Source: Chloroflexota bacterium (GTDB lineage Bacteria > Chloroflexota > Dehalococcoidia > JACPEP01). From it: a stretch of 64,000 bases of DNA. Positions 25,210 through 34,685 of the stretch are shown piece after piece. The notes under the pieces are model-generated. The model searched no databases, was not told the origin of the DNA, and saw nothing but the letters and a program-made list of their open reading frames with translations. The number at the start of each line of letters is the position of its first letter. The first letter of the stretch is position 1. The stretch covers positions 21,048 to 85,047 of the forward strand of contig JACPEP010000008.1 in NCBI GenBank assembly GCA_016183425.1, written 5' to 3'. A program made the position numbers and the translations under genes.

Positions 25210-27063
25210 CTACCTGGGGACTCCGCTGCCGAGACAGGCTAGATTCAGATCAGCCACCAGCTTTTCTCTATCAGCATGGTGGATATTGCAGGCCATGTCA
25301 ATAGTCACCGTGCCAGCCATAGTACGACGGAGGTTATCGTCTTGTAGCATTACAAAGCCGTGCTTGACGAAGACTTCTAAAGCCTGAGGAAAGCGGTCGA
25401 TGAGAGGCCCCACCAGACTGTCCTTGGTGACTTTGAGGGCGACCGGAGGCGATGGCCTAACATCCTTACTGTTCCCATGGGCGACTGGGGTGGGGCGCGC
25501 TTCACCTTCGTACCAGCGTTGGTCTATGGTGCGCCAGATGTTGTAGCCGAAGAATACGGTGGCCAGGAGCTCGATAAAGCCCGAGCTACCCATGATAGGG
25601 AAGAACACGCCGCCAAATATATCGGCCAGGGGCTGGGACACCACCCTGAGTCCATTTCCCAGATTGAGGAGGATAAAGGCAGCCATCATAAAGCCTCGGT
25701 TGTACAGCCGCACTCCTCCGAACACCGGTAAGATACGGTGGGCCATGCCAAAGATCATCATAGTGATGAAGCCTACGGTCAGGGCGTGGCGGTAGGCACC
25801 CACCAGGGAGTGAGTCACTTGGTTGCCAGTGACGCCGCTGTAGATAGTATAGCCAACGGACATCAAGGTGGCCACTACCAGCCAGAGGTAGGCGGCCCGC
25901 ACGAACACCTCGTAGCCCCTCTCCACCCCGGGCTCCGCCCTGTCACTCCTTGAACCCGGGAAGGGATTCAGGAAAGCGACGTAAGAGAGGATAGCAGCCA
26001 TCTCTAAAAGAGCGCCGGCCGCCGCCAGATAGTCGGCAACGCCGCTACTGGTGACAGCCTGCCAGTAGCCACCCCCCACATGGAGGACTATTCCCCCGTT
26101 AAGCATCCAAAAAATGAGGTCAAAGGCCTTTTTGTTGGGCTGCCCCCGCCCCATAAACACCGGGATGGTGCGCAGAGTCATCCCCAGGATTACCATGACC
26201 GCAAAACCCCACAAGCCCAGGTGCAAGTAGGGAGCATTTAGGGTCTCTGGCGTCGACTCTAGGCCCCGCTGTACATTGTACGCTGTGAGCACCAATGTGT
26301 TGGCGGCGAAGGCCCAGAGCCATACGATGCTGGCCACGATGTATTTTTCATAAAAGGTGAAGGGCTGAGGGCTGGCGGCCAGGGTTGCCAAAGCGACGTA
26401 AGCGAAGAGGGACACCGCCGCCAGGACTAGCCCGGTGGAAAGTAGCGTGCTAAATCCTTGCACCTGAGAGGGCAAGACCACTGAGGCTACCCGCAGCACG
26501 AGACCCGCCACCATAAAGAAAAAAGAGCTTCTGGCCAACCCTTGGCTATGGAGGGGTGCTCCTTTCAAACGGGGGATAACGTGATAGACAATTCCCATGA
26601 CGAACAGCCCCACCCAGCCAAAGATCTGGGCAAAACCGTGAGCCTGGGTCAATCCTTTCCATGCCGATGCCGCGGTACCGCTCCAGGCCATTCCCGCTAG
26701 CGTGGCTGCCCCTAGGCTGACCCCGGCAGTGAGGGCGACCACTATGGCTGCTTTGAGGAAGGTAGGGTAAAGGTCCTTTGTCACCCTTTCATCCGAAACC
26801 TCGGGGACAGCGCCATTTCCCCTGGCGACGAACTCGTTAAGCTCTCTGAGGAGGGCTTCCGGTTCTACGTGGTGTACCGTGGCGAAAAAGGCGATGGGTT
26901 CCAGTGGCCCCTTGGGGCCGCCACAACCGGTGAGGCCGTATCTATTGAAAATGGTCACCGTGCCCGGGTAGCGCACCATGACCTCTCGCAGGGTCATGGT
27001 GCGGGTTATCTCTTTATTCATAATGGCCGTTTTATCATGCTGCCCATACATCATGTCAACCAC
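25210..27063 (-). CDS. DUF1858 (redox-disulfide CGGP-type) domain fused to an NnrS-family haem-copper membrane protein
   Basis: N-terminus TMTLREVMVRYPGTVTIFNRYGLTGCGGPKGPLEPIAFFATVHHV (DUF1858), followed by ~12 predicted TM helices with NnrS-like conserved His. The true start may be an internal Met. Confidence 0.6.
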   Translation of the reverse strand: MVDMMYGQHDKTAIMNKEITRTMTLREVMVRYPGTVTIFNRYGLTGCGGPKGPLEPIAFFATVHHVEPEALLRELNEFVARGNGAVPEVSDERVTKDLYPTFLKAAIVVALTAGVSLGAATLAGMAWSGTAASAWKGLTQAHGFAQIFGWVGLFVMGIVYHVIPRLKGAPLHSQGLARSSFFFMVAGLVLRVASVVLPSQVQGFSTLLSTGLVLAAVSLFAYVALATLAASPQPFTFYEKYIVASIVWLWAFAANTLVLTAYNVQRGLESTPETLNAPYLHLGLWGFAVMVILGMTLRTIPVFMGRGQPNKKAFDLIFWMLNGGIVLHVGGGYWQAVTSSGVADYLAAAGALLEMAAILSYVAFLNPFPGSRSDRAEPGVERGYEVFVRAAYLWLVVATLMSVGYTIYSGVTGNQVTHSLVGAYRHALTVGFITMMIFGMAHRILPVFGGVRLYNRGFMMAAFILLNLGNGLRVVSQPLADIFGGVFFPIMGSSGFIELLATVFFGYNIWRTIDQRWYEGEARPTPVAHGNSKDVRPSPPVALKVTKDSLVGPLIDRFPQALEVFVKHGFVMLQDDNLRRTMAGTVTIDMACNIHHADREKLVADLNLACLGSGVPR

Positions 27064-27159
27064 CCTCCTGTACCAGATTGTTGGCGATGGGAAAAGGCTG
27101 TTTATAAACAGTCTATCTCAAAGAGATAGTGAGGGCAGTGACTTTTGTTGCGGAATGGC

Positions 27160-27840
27160 CTATTTGAAGGCGCCGCTAACAACCTCTTGCAGGCGCTCTC
27201 GGTCAACGATGGTGATGATGCCGGCGTCCCGGCGCAAGGCACCACTTTCCTCCAAACGTCGCAGCTCGCGCGCCACCACCTCTCGGGCGGTACCCACCAG
27301 AGCCGCCAGATCTTGTTGTGTGAGACGAAGCCCCACTACACCCCCCTGAGGGGCGACCCCTTCAGCATAGGTCAGGAGGAACTTGGCGATGCGTCCCTCC
27401 ACGCTCAGGAGGGCAAGATCAGAAACCAGGGTGACCAAAGAACGCAGCCGGGCGGCCAGGATGCCGAGCATTCCATTGGCTACCTGGGGATAGCGCATTA
27501 TAAGCTGCCGTAATTCGGCGGTAGACAGGAGGACCACGGTGGTAGGCTCCAGGGCCACTACGTTGGCCGGAGTGGGCCCGCCATCAAATACAGGGACGTC
27601 GTTAAAGGTCTCGCCAGGCCCCATGGTGGCCACTACCTGCTCCCTGCCCTCGGGAGACATCCGGAAGACCTTCACCAACCCGGAGACCACAATATAAAGG
27701 CCGTAGCACGGCTCTCCCTCACCCTGTATGGGCTCCCCCCGCCCCACGGAGATGACCCGAAAGCGCTGCTGAACGTCCCGGAGAGCCGCTTCATCCAGGT
27801 CGCGGAAGTAGGGAACAAGGCGGAAAAATTTCCAATCCAT
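27160..27840 (-). CDS. Crp/Fnr-family transcriptional regulator (cNMP-binding + C-terminal HTH)
   Basis: Domain pattern. HTH: TQQDLAALVGTAREVVARELRRLEESGAL. Confidence 0.75.
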   Translation of the reverse strand: MDWKFFRLVPYFRDLDEAALRDVQQRFRVISVGRGEPIQGEGEPCYGLYIVVSGLVKVFRMSPEGREQVVATMGPGETFNDVPVFDGGPTPANVVALEPTTVVLLSTAELRQLIMRYPQVANGMLGILAARLRSLVTLVSDLALLSVEGRIAKFLLTYAEGVAPQGGVVGLRLTQQDLAALVGTAREVVARELRRLEESGALRRDAGIITIVDRERLQEVVSGAFK

Positions 27841-27979
27841 GGGCCAAATCTCCAGTACATTTTACGGCTTTGAGCCACCTTGTCAACGGCTCTCGGGCCG
27901 AGGTCTATTTATATCACTATTCCTTTCGCCCACCATGGCAATAGAGACCTCATAGGGTCAGGGAGGATTCCGACTGAGA

Positions 27980-28663
27980 TTATGCTTCGTCTCGAGGGCG
28001 TTGGGCGATAAGGCCCTCCCGGAGGGCGAAAGTGGCTGCCTGAACCCGGTTGTTTAGCTGGAGCTTCTCCAGGATGTTGTGGAGATGATTCTTCACGGTG
28101 CGGAGGCTGATGTGCAGTTGGGCGGCGATCTCTTTGTCCGCATTGCCTTCGCTGACCAGGGTCAATACCTCTGTTTCGCGGCGGGTCAACTCGGCGCGAG
28201 TGCCCGGAGGACGGTCCTGGCGGCGGGTGAGCTGGGCGAACTCCCTGAGGAGCTTACGGGCCATGGTGGGGGATATGGGGGCTTCGCCTCTAAAGACACC
28301 CTGAAGATGCTCGAAGAGCTCAGTGGCCTTCAGGGTCTTCAGGAGGTAGCCTTCAGCGCCGTTCTTAACGGCTTCGAAGAGGTCTCGGTCATCCTCAGAT
28401 ACAGTCAGCATGACGATGCGGGTATGCGGTATCTCCTCTTTGATAAGGCGGGTGGCCTCTAGACCGTTGCAACGGGGCATTTTTATGTCCATGAGAATGA
28501 GATCGGGGAGGAGTTCTCGGGCTTTTTCCAGGGCCTCCAAGCCATCGGAAGCCTCCCCCACCACCTGGATGCCCTCCTGGGAGGAGAGGAGACTGGCCAG
28601 ACCGTGTCGAAAGAGGGTATGGTCATCCACCAGCAGGACCGTCGTTTCTTCCCTCTCGCCCAT
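27980..28663 (-). CDS. NarL/FixJ-family response regulator (REC + LuxR HTH)
   Basis: VLLVDDH...D54-like DIKMP, and a C-terminal LuxR box TRRETEVLTLVSEGNADKEIAAQLHISLRTVKNH. Confidence 0.8.
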   Translation of the reverse strand: MGEREETTVLLVDDHTLFRHGLASLLSSQEGIQVVGEASDGLEALEKARELLPDLILMDIKMPRCNGLEATRLIKEEIPHTRIVMLTVSEDDRDLFEAVKNGAEGYLLKTLKATELFEHLQGVFRGEAPISPTMARKLLREFAQLTRRQDRPPGTRAELTRRETEVLTLVSEGNADKEIAAQLHISLRTVKNHLHNILEKLQLNNRVQAATFALREGLIAQRPRDEA

Positions 28664-30272
28664 CGCATTCCCTTTCTAACAGCTCCAGGATTACCCGGGT
28701 GCCTTTGCCGGACGCTGCATCTACTATGAGTGTGGCCCCGATTTCCTGGGCCCGCTCCTTCATGGTGGCGAGGCCAAAGGTGTGTCTTTGTTCCTGCGTC
28801 ACACGCTCTACATCGAAGCCAGCGCCGTTATCTTCAACTGTTATTTTAACCTTTTTGGGGCTAGTTTCAAGCCTCAGCCAGACCTTGGTGGCACGGGCGT
28901 GCTTGCGCACATTGGTGAGAGCCTCCTGCACGATACGTAGGATTTGAACTTCCGCCAGGGGGGAGAGTGAGGGCAAGGTCTGCCGCTCCTTAGGGAGCTC
29001 TACCTTCAACCCGGCCCGATCGCCAAAGTCCATGGCGTATTCCTCCAGGGTGGCCGCGAGCCCTCCCTCCGGGGAGACGCTCTGACGAAGGCTGAGGATA
29101 GACTCCCGAACGTCGAAGGAGGCGTCCTGGATGGCCTCCTCCATTTGATGGAGGCCGTCCACCACCTGGTTCCAGCGCTGACCGGCAATGAGCTGCCTCA
29201 GTTCCACCGTTTTTATGCCCAGGAAGCCCAGGGTCTGGCCCAAGCTGTCGTGCATCTCGCGGGCGATGCGATCACGCTCCCCCAGAATGGTGAGCTCCCG
29301 ATTGCGCTCCTCGATCTCCCTGGTTCTTTCGGCGATCCTTTGCTCCAGGTCCAGAGTCCACTGCTCCAACTGCTGCCGGGCAGCCACCTGCGCCTCCAAG
29401 AGCTGGCGTTGAGCCGTCAGACGCTCATCGTTGGCCCGGTTCAGTTGCCGTTGCCGCTCCATCTCGAAGATTCTCAGGATGCGCAGGATGAAGAAAGCGA
29501 TGCCGAAGGCAGCCAGGGTGCGAAACACCTGGGGCGGCAAGCGGAAGAGGTTGAAGAAGGTGGCGTAGTTGACTACGGAGGCGGGAAAATAAAGCCCGGG
29601 AGCGACCACCAGTCCGGCGATGACGGCGTTGAAGGCGAAGGCGGCCGCCGCCAGGGTACTATCGTGCACCAGGCGGGAAGAGCCAAAGGCACGGAAGAAG
29701 CGCCGCTGACTGAGCATGGCCAGAGCAGCCAGGATGGAACCAGGGAAATAGAGGAGGTAGCGGGCGCCGTTATCAGCGCCGGCGAGCCACTCGCTGCTGA
29801 AGACCAGGTAATTGCCCGCTTGGGCACCGTGACACTGAACGCAGGAACCGGTGCCCATTACCGTCTGTTCCCGAGCAATCCACTCCATGTGGGGAAGGAC
29901 AAAGCTGAGGAGCCAGGTGCCGGGAAGCACTAAAAGAACGGCGTAGAGCCAGCGGTGCTTCTGGGTGGAGTTGACGATGAGGTTGACCCCGAAAAACAAG
30001 AGACACAGGCTGGAGGTAACCAGAAGGGCAGTTTTCGCCTGGCGGAAGGGGAGAAGGGTTTCTTCCGGAGCCTGAACCTGAAGAAGGATGAGCATATCCA
30101 ACCATTCCACAAAGCTATGGCTGAGGCCGAAAGCGGCCAAATACTTGAGACTGGGGTACAGGGGCAGGACACTGGAACGGCGTGCCTCCAGGGCGACAGC
30201 TAGACCCATGGCGAAAAAGGAAAGGCCGTAGAAGAGAAAAATAAAGGGGAGGAAAGGGATGGTGATAGGCAT
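28623..30272 (-). CDS. Membrane sensor histidine kinase (HisKA_3 + HATPase_c), NarX/DesK-like
   Basis: N-terminal TM helices, the H-box EMHDSLGQTL, and a C-terminal ATPase (VEDNGAGF). Confidence 0.75.
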   Translation of the reverse strand: MPITIPFLPFIFLFYGLSFFAMGLAVALEARRSSVLPLYPSLKYLAAFGLSHSFVEWLDMLILLQVQAPEETLLPFRQAKTALLVTSSLCLLFFGVNLIVNSTQKHRWLYAVLLVLPGTWLLSFVLPHMEWIAREQTVMGTGSCVQCHGAQAGNYLVFSSEWLAGADNGARYLLYFPGSILAALAMLSQRRFFRAFGSSRLVHDSTLAAAAFAFNAVIAGLVVAPGLYFPASVVNYATFFNLFRLPPQVFRTLAAFGIAFFILRILRIFEMERQRQLNRANDERLTAQRQLLEAQVAARQQLEQWTLDLEQRIAERTREIEERNRELTILGERDRIAREMHDSLGQTLGFLGIKTVELRQLIAGQRWNQVVDGLHQMEEAIQDASFDVRESILSLRQSVSPEGGLAATLEEYAMDFGDRAGLKVELPKERQTLPSLSPLAEVQILRIVQEALTNVRKHARATKVWLRLETSPKKVKITVEDNGAGFDVERVTQEQRHTFGLATMKERAQEIGATLIVDAASGKGTRVILELLERECDGREGRNDGPAGG

Positions 30273-30299
30273 GATGCTTCTTCCTGGCCTTACGTGAAC

Positions 30300-30989
30300 T
30301 CAGGTGGCCACTCTGTTCTTGCGCTCCGTTCTTGCTTTGGTTCCTTTATAGTCCAGCAAAGTGACCTGGGTCTGGCGGGGCAGGGTGGCGGGAGACAGGG
30401 CGATGTGAACCTCCTGCGGGACGTCACTGAGGCCCATCTCCTTTAGGAATCGCTCCACCGGCGCCAGGCCACCATCGTATTCCTCCGTGCGGTAGTGCAT
30501 AGGGATGACCAGCTTAGGGTCCAAAAGGCTGATGGTCTCCGCCGCAGCCGGAACGTCCAGGGTGCCCATGCCGCCCACAGGGATGAAAAGAACGTCCACG
30601 GGGGTCATCTCCTGAATCTGGGAGGTGGAGGGAAGATGCCCCAGGTCTCCCAAGTGACAGAGGGTCAGTTCCTCCATATGAATGAGGTAAACGGTGTTTT
30701 TGCCCCTACTTTTGCCTCTCTCAGCGTCGTGGTGGGTAGCAATGCCGGTGATAAACACACCGGTGACGCCATACTCATACTCGTACTCTCCGGGGCCATC
30801 CACGATGTGGGGGCGGCCCTCCACGGCGACCAGGTAGCTATGGTTGGGGTGGCCGTGGCTTACAGTAACGATGTCGGCGGAGAGCCGACCCAAAGGATAG
30901 CCCAGATTGGGGGGAAAGGGGTCGCTGACGATGGTCACATCACGACCCCGAATACGAAAACAGGAGTGTCCCAGCCAGGTTATATCCAT
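30300..30989 (-). CDS. MBL-fold metallo-hydrolase
   Basis: HGHPNHS His motif. Similar to the UPF0173 family. Confidence 0.6.
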   Translation of the reverse strand: MDITWLGHSCFRIRGRDVTIVSDPFPPNLGYPLGRLSADIVTVSHGHPNHSYLVAVEGRPHIVDGPGEYEYEYGVTGVFITGIATHHDAERGKSRGKNTVYLIHMEELTLCHLGDLGHLPSTSQIQEMTPVDVLFIPVGGMGTLDVPAAAETISLLDPKLVIPMHYRTEEYDGGLAPVERFLKEMGLSDVPQEVHIALSPATLPRQTQVTLLDYKGTKARTERKNRVAT

Positions 30990-30996
30990 AGACTTC

Positions 30997-31653
30997 CTAG
31001 AGGTTAGGCTTGATTCTTCGGACGAGCATCCAGGCGGAGGGCAGGATGGCGGCGGCGAGGAGTATCTTGGTGAGGTCGCCGGGAATGTAGGGGAGCACGC
31101 CAGCTTTAAACACCAGCCCGCCGGGGAGGTAGTCCAGCCAGGGCCACTGCTTCAGGGCGCTGGCGTAGATACGCTCGATGATGGTAGCAAACTGGGCCAA
31201 TCGAGGGAGGCCAAGAAGGTAGATGGTGTAGTTTCCCAGAAGCATAGCCAGGACAGCCGTCCAATAACGGCGGTCCCAGCCCCGCTCTGCCAGAAAGCCG
31301 ACGACGAAGGCGCCGGGGACGAAGCCGATGATGTAGCCGCCGGTAGGGCCCATGAGGCCGGGAAGTCCAGGAGGGGTGGTAGCGGAGAACCAGAAGGGCA
31401 TGCCGGCCGCCCCAACAACGACGTAGGTGAGCATACTCAGGGCACCAGCTTTGCTTCCCAGCACCGCTCCGGCCAGAAGGACGGCGAAGGTCTGTCCCGT
31501 TATAGGCACCGGCGACCAGGGCACAGGAACGGTGATGCGAGCGAAGAGGGCCGTGATGATGGCAAAACTAACCACCAGCACGGCATCGGATATGACGCCG
31601 GTGCGGGGCCAGATGGCCTGCCTCAGTGTTGCTACACGAGTGGGTACCTGCAT
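30997..31653 (-). CDS. bioY: Biotin transporter BioY
   Basis: BioY family pattern: 6 TM helices and ITGQTFAVLLAGAVLG. Confidence 0.7.
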   Translation of the reverse strand: MQVPTRVATLRQAIWPRTGVISDAVLVVSFAIITALFARITVPVPWSPVPITGQTFAVLLAGAVLGSKAGALSMLTYVVVGAAGMPFWFSATTPPGLPGLMGPTGGYIIGFVPGAFVVGFLAERGWDRRYWTAVLAMLLGNYTIYLLGLPRLAQFATIIERIYASALKQWPWLDYLPGGLVFKAGVLPYIPGDLTKILLAAAILPSAWMLVRRIKPNL

Positions 31654-31684
31654 TTATCCTCCTTTTGAAGCTAAATAATAGTTG

Positions 31685-32674
31685 CTAATTTCGTCCCCCC
31701 GCCCAGTGCAGGGCTACTGCCCCCCAGCTCAGGCCGCCACCGAAGCCCACTAGAACCAAGTGGTCGCCTTTTTTCAGCCGTCCTTGGTCGATGGCCTCGC
31801 AAAGGGCCATGGGGATAGAGGCGGCGGAGGTGTTGCCGTAGCGCTCCAGATTCATGAATACCCGTTCCGAGGGGATCTCCAGAGCCCGGGCGGCGGCGGT
31901 AATGATGCGATAGTTGGCCTGGTGAGGAATGAGAATATCTACCTGGGATATGTCCAGTTGGGCAGCGGCCAGGGCTTGCTGGGTGGCCGCCACAGTAGCG
32001 GCAATGGCGAATTTGAATACCTCGGCGCCGACCATGGTTAGATAGTGGTGGCCATCTTGGTTGAAGGGGCCGGCGGCACCGCAGAGGCCGGGGACATAAA
32101 GTAGGTCCGCCCCAGCGCCGTCGCTACCTAAGACGAAGCTAAGAGCATCAGTGGGAGGAGGGCCAGCTTCCACCACCACGGCCCCCGCCCCATCCCCAAA
32201 AAGCACGCAAGTGCTCCGGTCTTGCCAGTTGAGGATGCGGGAGTAGACCTCGGTGCCCACCACGAGGACCCGCCGACAGGTGCCGCTGAGGACGAACTGG
32301 TAGGCGGTGACCAAAGCGTAGATGAAGCCGCTACAGGCAGCGTTGACATCGAAAGCGGCGGCCCGAGATGCTCCCAAGGCGTGTTGAAGCTGGGAGGCGC
32401 AAGCCGGGAAGATGCGCTCTGAGGTTACGGTGGCGACTATGATGAGGTCCAGGTCCTGGGGGGATAAGGCAGCCACCTCCAAAGCGCGCCGCCCCGCAGC
32501 CACCCCCATAGTGACCGCCGTATCTTGGCTACCGGCGATGCGCCGCTCTCCAATGCCGGTGCGGCGACGGATCCAGGCGTCAGAGGTGTCTACCATGGCC
32601 TCTAACTCCTGGTTGGTCATCACCCGTTCCGGCACCCACATTCCCCACCCAGTGAGGCGGGCGTAAGGCGCCAC
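31685..32674 (-). CDS. fabH: 3-oxoacyl-ACP synthase III (FabH)
   Basis: VPERVMTNQELEAMVDTSDAWIRRRTGIGERRIA and the C/H/N catalytic residues (AACSGF). Confidence 0.8.
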   Translation of the reverse strand: MAPYARLTGWGMWVPERVMTNQELEAMVDTSDAWIRRRTGIGERRIAGSQDTAVTMGVAAGRRALEVAALSPQDLDLIIVATVTSERIFPACASQLQHALGASRAAAFDVNAACSGFIYALVTAYQFVLSGTCRRVLVVGTEVYSRILNWQDRSTCVLFGDGAGAVVVEAGPPPTDALSFVLGSDGAGADLLYVPGLCGAAGPFNQDGHHYLTMVGAEVFKFAIAATVAATQQALAAAQLDISQVDILIPHQANYRIITAAARALEIPSERVFMNLERYGNTSAASIPMALCEAIDQGRLKKGDHLVLVGFGGGLSWGAVALHWAGGRN

Positions 32675-32707
32675 TTGATCTCCTTGATCCTTGTTCCTAG
32701 AGTCACG

Positions 32708-33853
32708 ATGAGTATAACATCCGGCTATTGCCTATGCAAGGGTACACTGTTAGCGAGCTACACCTTCCGCCGGCTCCGGAGAAGGGACACGCCCAGAGGA
32801 ACCCCTAGGATCCTGGTCGTACGGCTGGATACCCTGGGAGATGTCCTTCTCAGCGAGCCGGCCATCGCCGCCCTGAGACACTGCTTTCCTCAGGCAACCC
32901 TAGATATGGTGGTGAGCTCCGGCGGCCGCTCTCTCCTAGCCGGCAATCCCAACGTGGACTCCTTTATCGTCTATGATGCTCCCTGGCACTCCGCCTGGCG
33001 CGGGAAAAGGGTAAACTGGCTGGCAGAGATAAAACGAGGCTGGTCGGTGCTGAGAACGCTGCGGCGGGCATCCTACGACGTGGGCCTGGAGCTGCGCGGG
33101 GACTTTCGGGATATTCTCTTCCTGGCAGCGACGGAGGCGAAGATGACGATGGGCAACGGCGGGCGGGGAGGAGGCTCCTTCCTGGATCGGGACGTGGCTG
33201 TGAAAAAAGATGCCCACGCCGTGGAACGGGCCCTGGAAATAGCCGCCCAGGTAGAAGCTCTCCCCGTGCATCTAAGCCCACGCCTCTACCTGACCCCCAG
33301 CCATCGGGGGCTGGCCGCCCAGCACCTGCCACCGGGCGGGGAATACCTGGCATTTCACTTGGGGGCGGGCTTCCCCAGCAAATGCCTACCCGTGCCCTAC
33401 TTTTGCGCCGTGGCCCAAAGGCTGTGTGCCCAAGGAGGCAGGCTTCGAGCGGTGCTGGTGGGAGGAGAGGAGGAAAGACCCCTGGTCAAGAAGTTCCTTG
33501 CCAGCTATGGGATGCCCGCCATAGACCTGGTCGGCCAGTTAGAGCTTCTGGAAACGGCCGCCGTCCTGGAGAGGTGCACCCTCTTCATAGGCAACGACAG
33601 CGCTCCCATGCACATGGCAGCGGCGGTGGGAACGCCGGTGGTCACCTTCTTCGGCCCCTCGGAGCCCACTAAGTACCACCCCTGGGGAGTGGTATACCGA
33701 CTCCTGGAGGTTGACTTGCCTTGCCGTCCCTGCGACCACGTTCATTGCGTCCATCCTGAATACCGCTGCATGACTGGCATCTCGGTAGACGACATCGTGG
33801 CCGCCGCAGAAGAGCTTCTTACCCCTGTTTCGCTAGCAGCCAACAGATTTTGA
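32708..33853 (+). CDS. Glycosyltransferase family 9 (ADP-heptose:LPS heptosyltransferase-like)
   Basis: RILVVRLDTLGDVLLSEPAIAAL. The start is uncertain: the ORF from 32675 abuts fabH, so 32708 or a nearby start is more likely. Confidence 0.65.
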   Translation: MSITSGYCLCKGTLLASYTFRRLRRRDTPRGTPRILVVRLDTLGDVLLSEPAIAALRHCFPQATLDMVVSSGGRSLLAGNPNVDSFIVYDAPWHSAWRGKRVNWLAEIKRGWSVLRTLRRASYDVGLELRGDFRDILFLAATEAKMTMGNGGRGGGSFLDRDVAVKKDAHAVERALEIAAQVEALPVHLSPRLYLTPSHRGLAAQHLPPGGEYLAFHLGAGFPSKCLPVPYFCAVAQRLCAQGGRLRAVLVGGEEERPLVKKFLASYGMPAIDLVGQLELLETAAVLERCTLFIGNDSAPMHMAAAVGTPVVTFFGPSEPTKYHPWGVVYRLLEVDLPCRPCDHVHCVHPEYRCMTGISVDDIVAAAEELLTPVSLAANRF

Positions 33854-33883
33854 GTCCGCTATTCAGAAAGGGGGTGATAGGTC

Positions 33884-34087
33884 ATGTGGCGAAGATGGGG
33901 TCGAAAGCATGGTTTTGGGCCTTTCTCTTTTCACGTGCCGCCCTTTGGCTTCATGTTCTACGGAGGTCGTCCCTTCCCCCGCCGTGAGGCTTATCAGCGC
34001 ATGTTGGAGGAATATCGGGATGAACTCCAAGAGGAGCTTAAGGAGGTAGAAAAGGAGCTTGAGGAACTAAAAGTGGAGAAAGAGTAG
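33884..34087 (+). CDS. Small hypothetical protein (67 aa; aromatic/Gly-rich N-terminus, acidic coiled-coil C-terminus)
   Basis: Strong RBS AAAGGGGGTGA 6 nt upstream. Sits between glycan-cluster genes. Confidence 0.4.
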   Translation: MWRRWGRKHGFGPFSFHVPPFGFMFYGGRPFPRREAYQRMLEEYRDELQEELKEVEKELEELKVEKE

Positions 34088-34091
34088 AGGC

Positions 34092-34661
34092 TTGGATCGC
34101 TCTCGCATCGTAGACGAGCTAAAGGAAAGCGCCCGCCTCCAAGAGTGGCTGGCCGAACACCTGGCCCCAGATATTGCCCGGGCGGCGGAGGCTTTGGTGG
34201 ACGCTTACCGCAGAGGGGGCAAGGTGCTTTTGTGCGGCAACGGCGGTAGCGCCGCTGAGAGCCAGCACCTGGCAGCAGAGCTGATGGGACGCTTCCGCCG
34301 CGAGCGTCGTCCCCTGGCGGCAGTGGCCCTGACCACCGATACCTCCGTTCTCACCGCCCTGGGCAACGACTTCGGCTTCGAAGAGGTCTTCCTTCGCCAG
34401 GTGGAGGCCCTGGTGCAGCCTGGAGACGTCCTGGTGGCCCTCAGCACCAGCGGCCGTAGCCAAAACGTGAACCGAGCCGTTCGTCGCGCCGGGGAGCTAG
34501 GAGCCACCTCCATCGGCCTGCTGGGAGGCAGCGGGGGGGAGCTGGCGGGGTTGGTGGACATCCCTTTGCTTGTCCCATCAGATGTCTCAGCCCGAGTACA
34601 AGAGTGTCACCTGACCATAAGCCACATCCTGTGTGCTCTGGTAGAGGAGCAGGTCACCTAA
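34092..34661 (+). CDS. gmhA: D-sedoheptulose-7-phosphate isomerase (SIS domain)
   Basis: GGKVLLCGNGGSAAESQHLAAELMGRF...ALTTDTS..TALGNDFGFEEVF...GDVLVALSTSGRSQNV aligns along its length with GmhA. Probable TTG start. Confidence 0.75.
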   Translation: MDRSRIVDELKESARLQEWLAEHLAPDIARAAEALVDAYRRGGKVLLCGNGGSAAESQHLAAELMGRFRRERRPLAAVALTTDTSVLTALGNDFGFEEVFLRQVEALVQPGDVLVALSTSGRSQNVNRAVRRAGELGATSIGLLGGSGGELAGLVDIPLLVPSDVSARVQECHLTISHILCALVEEQVT

Positions 34662-34685
34662 GAAACGTAAGGTTAGAGAACGTCA

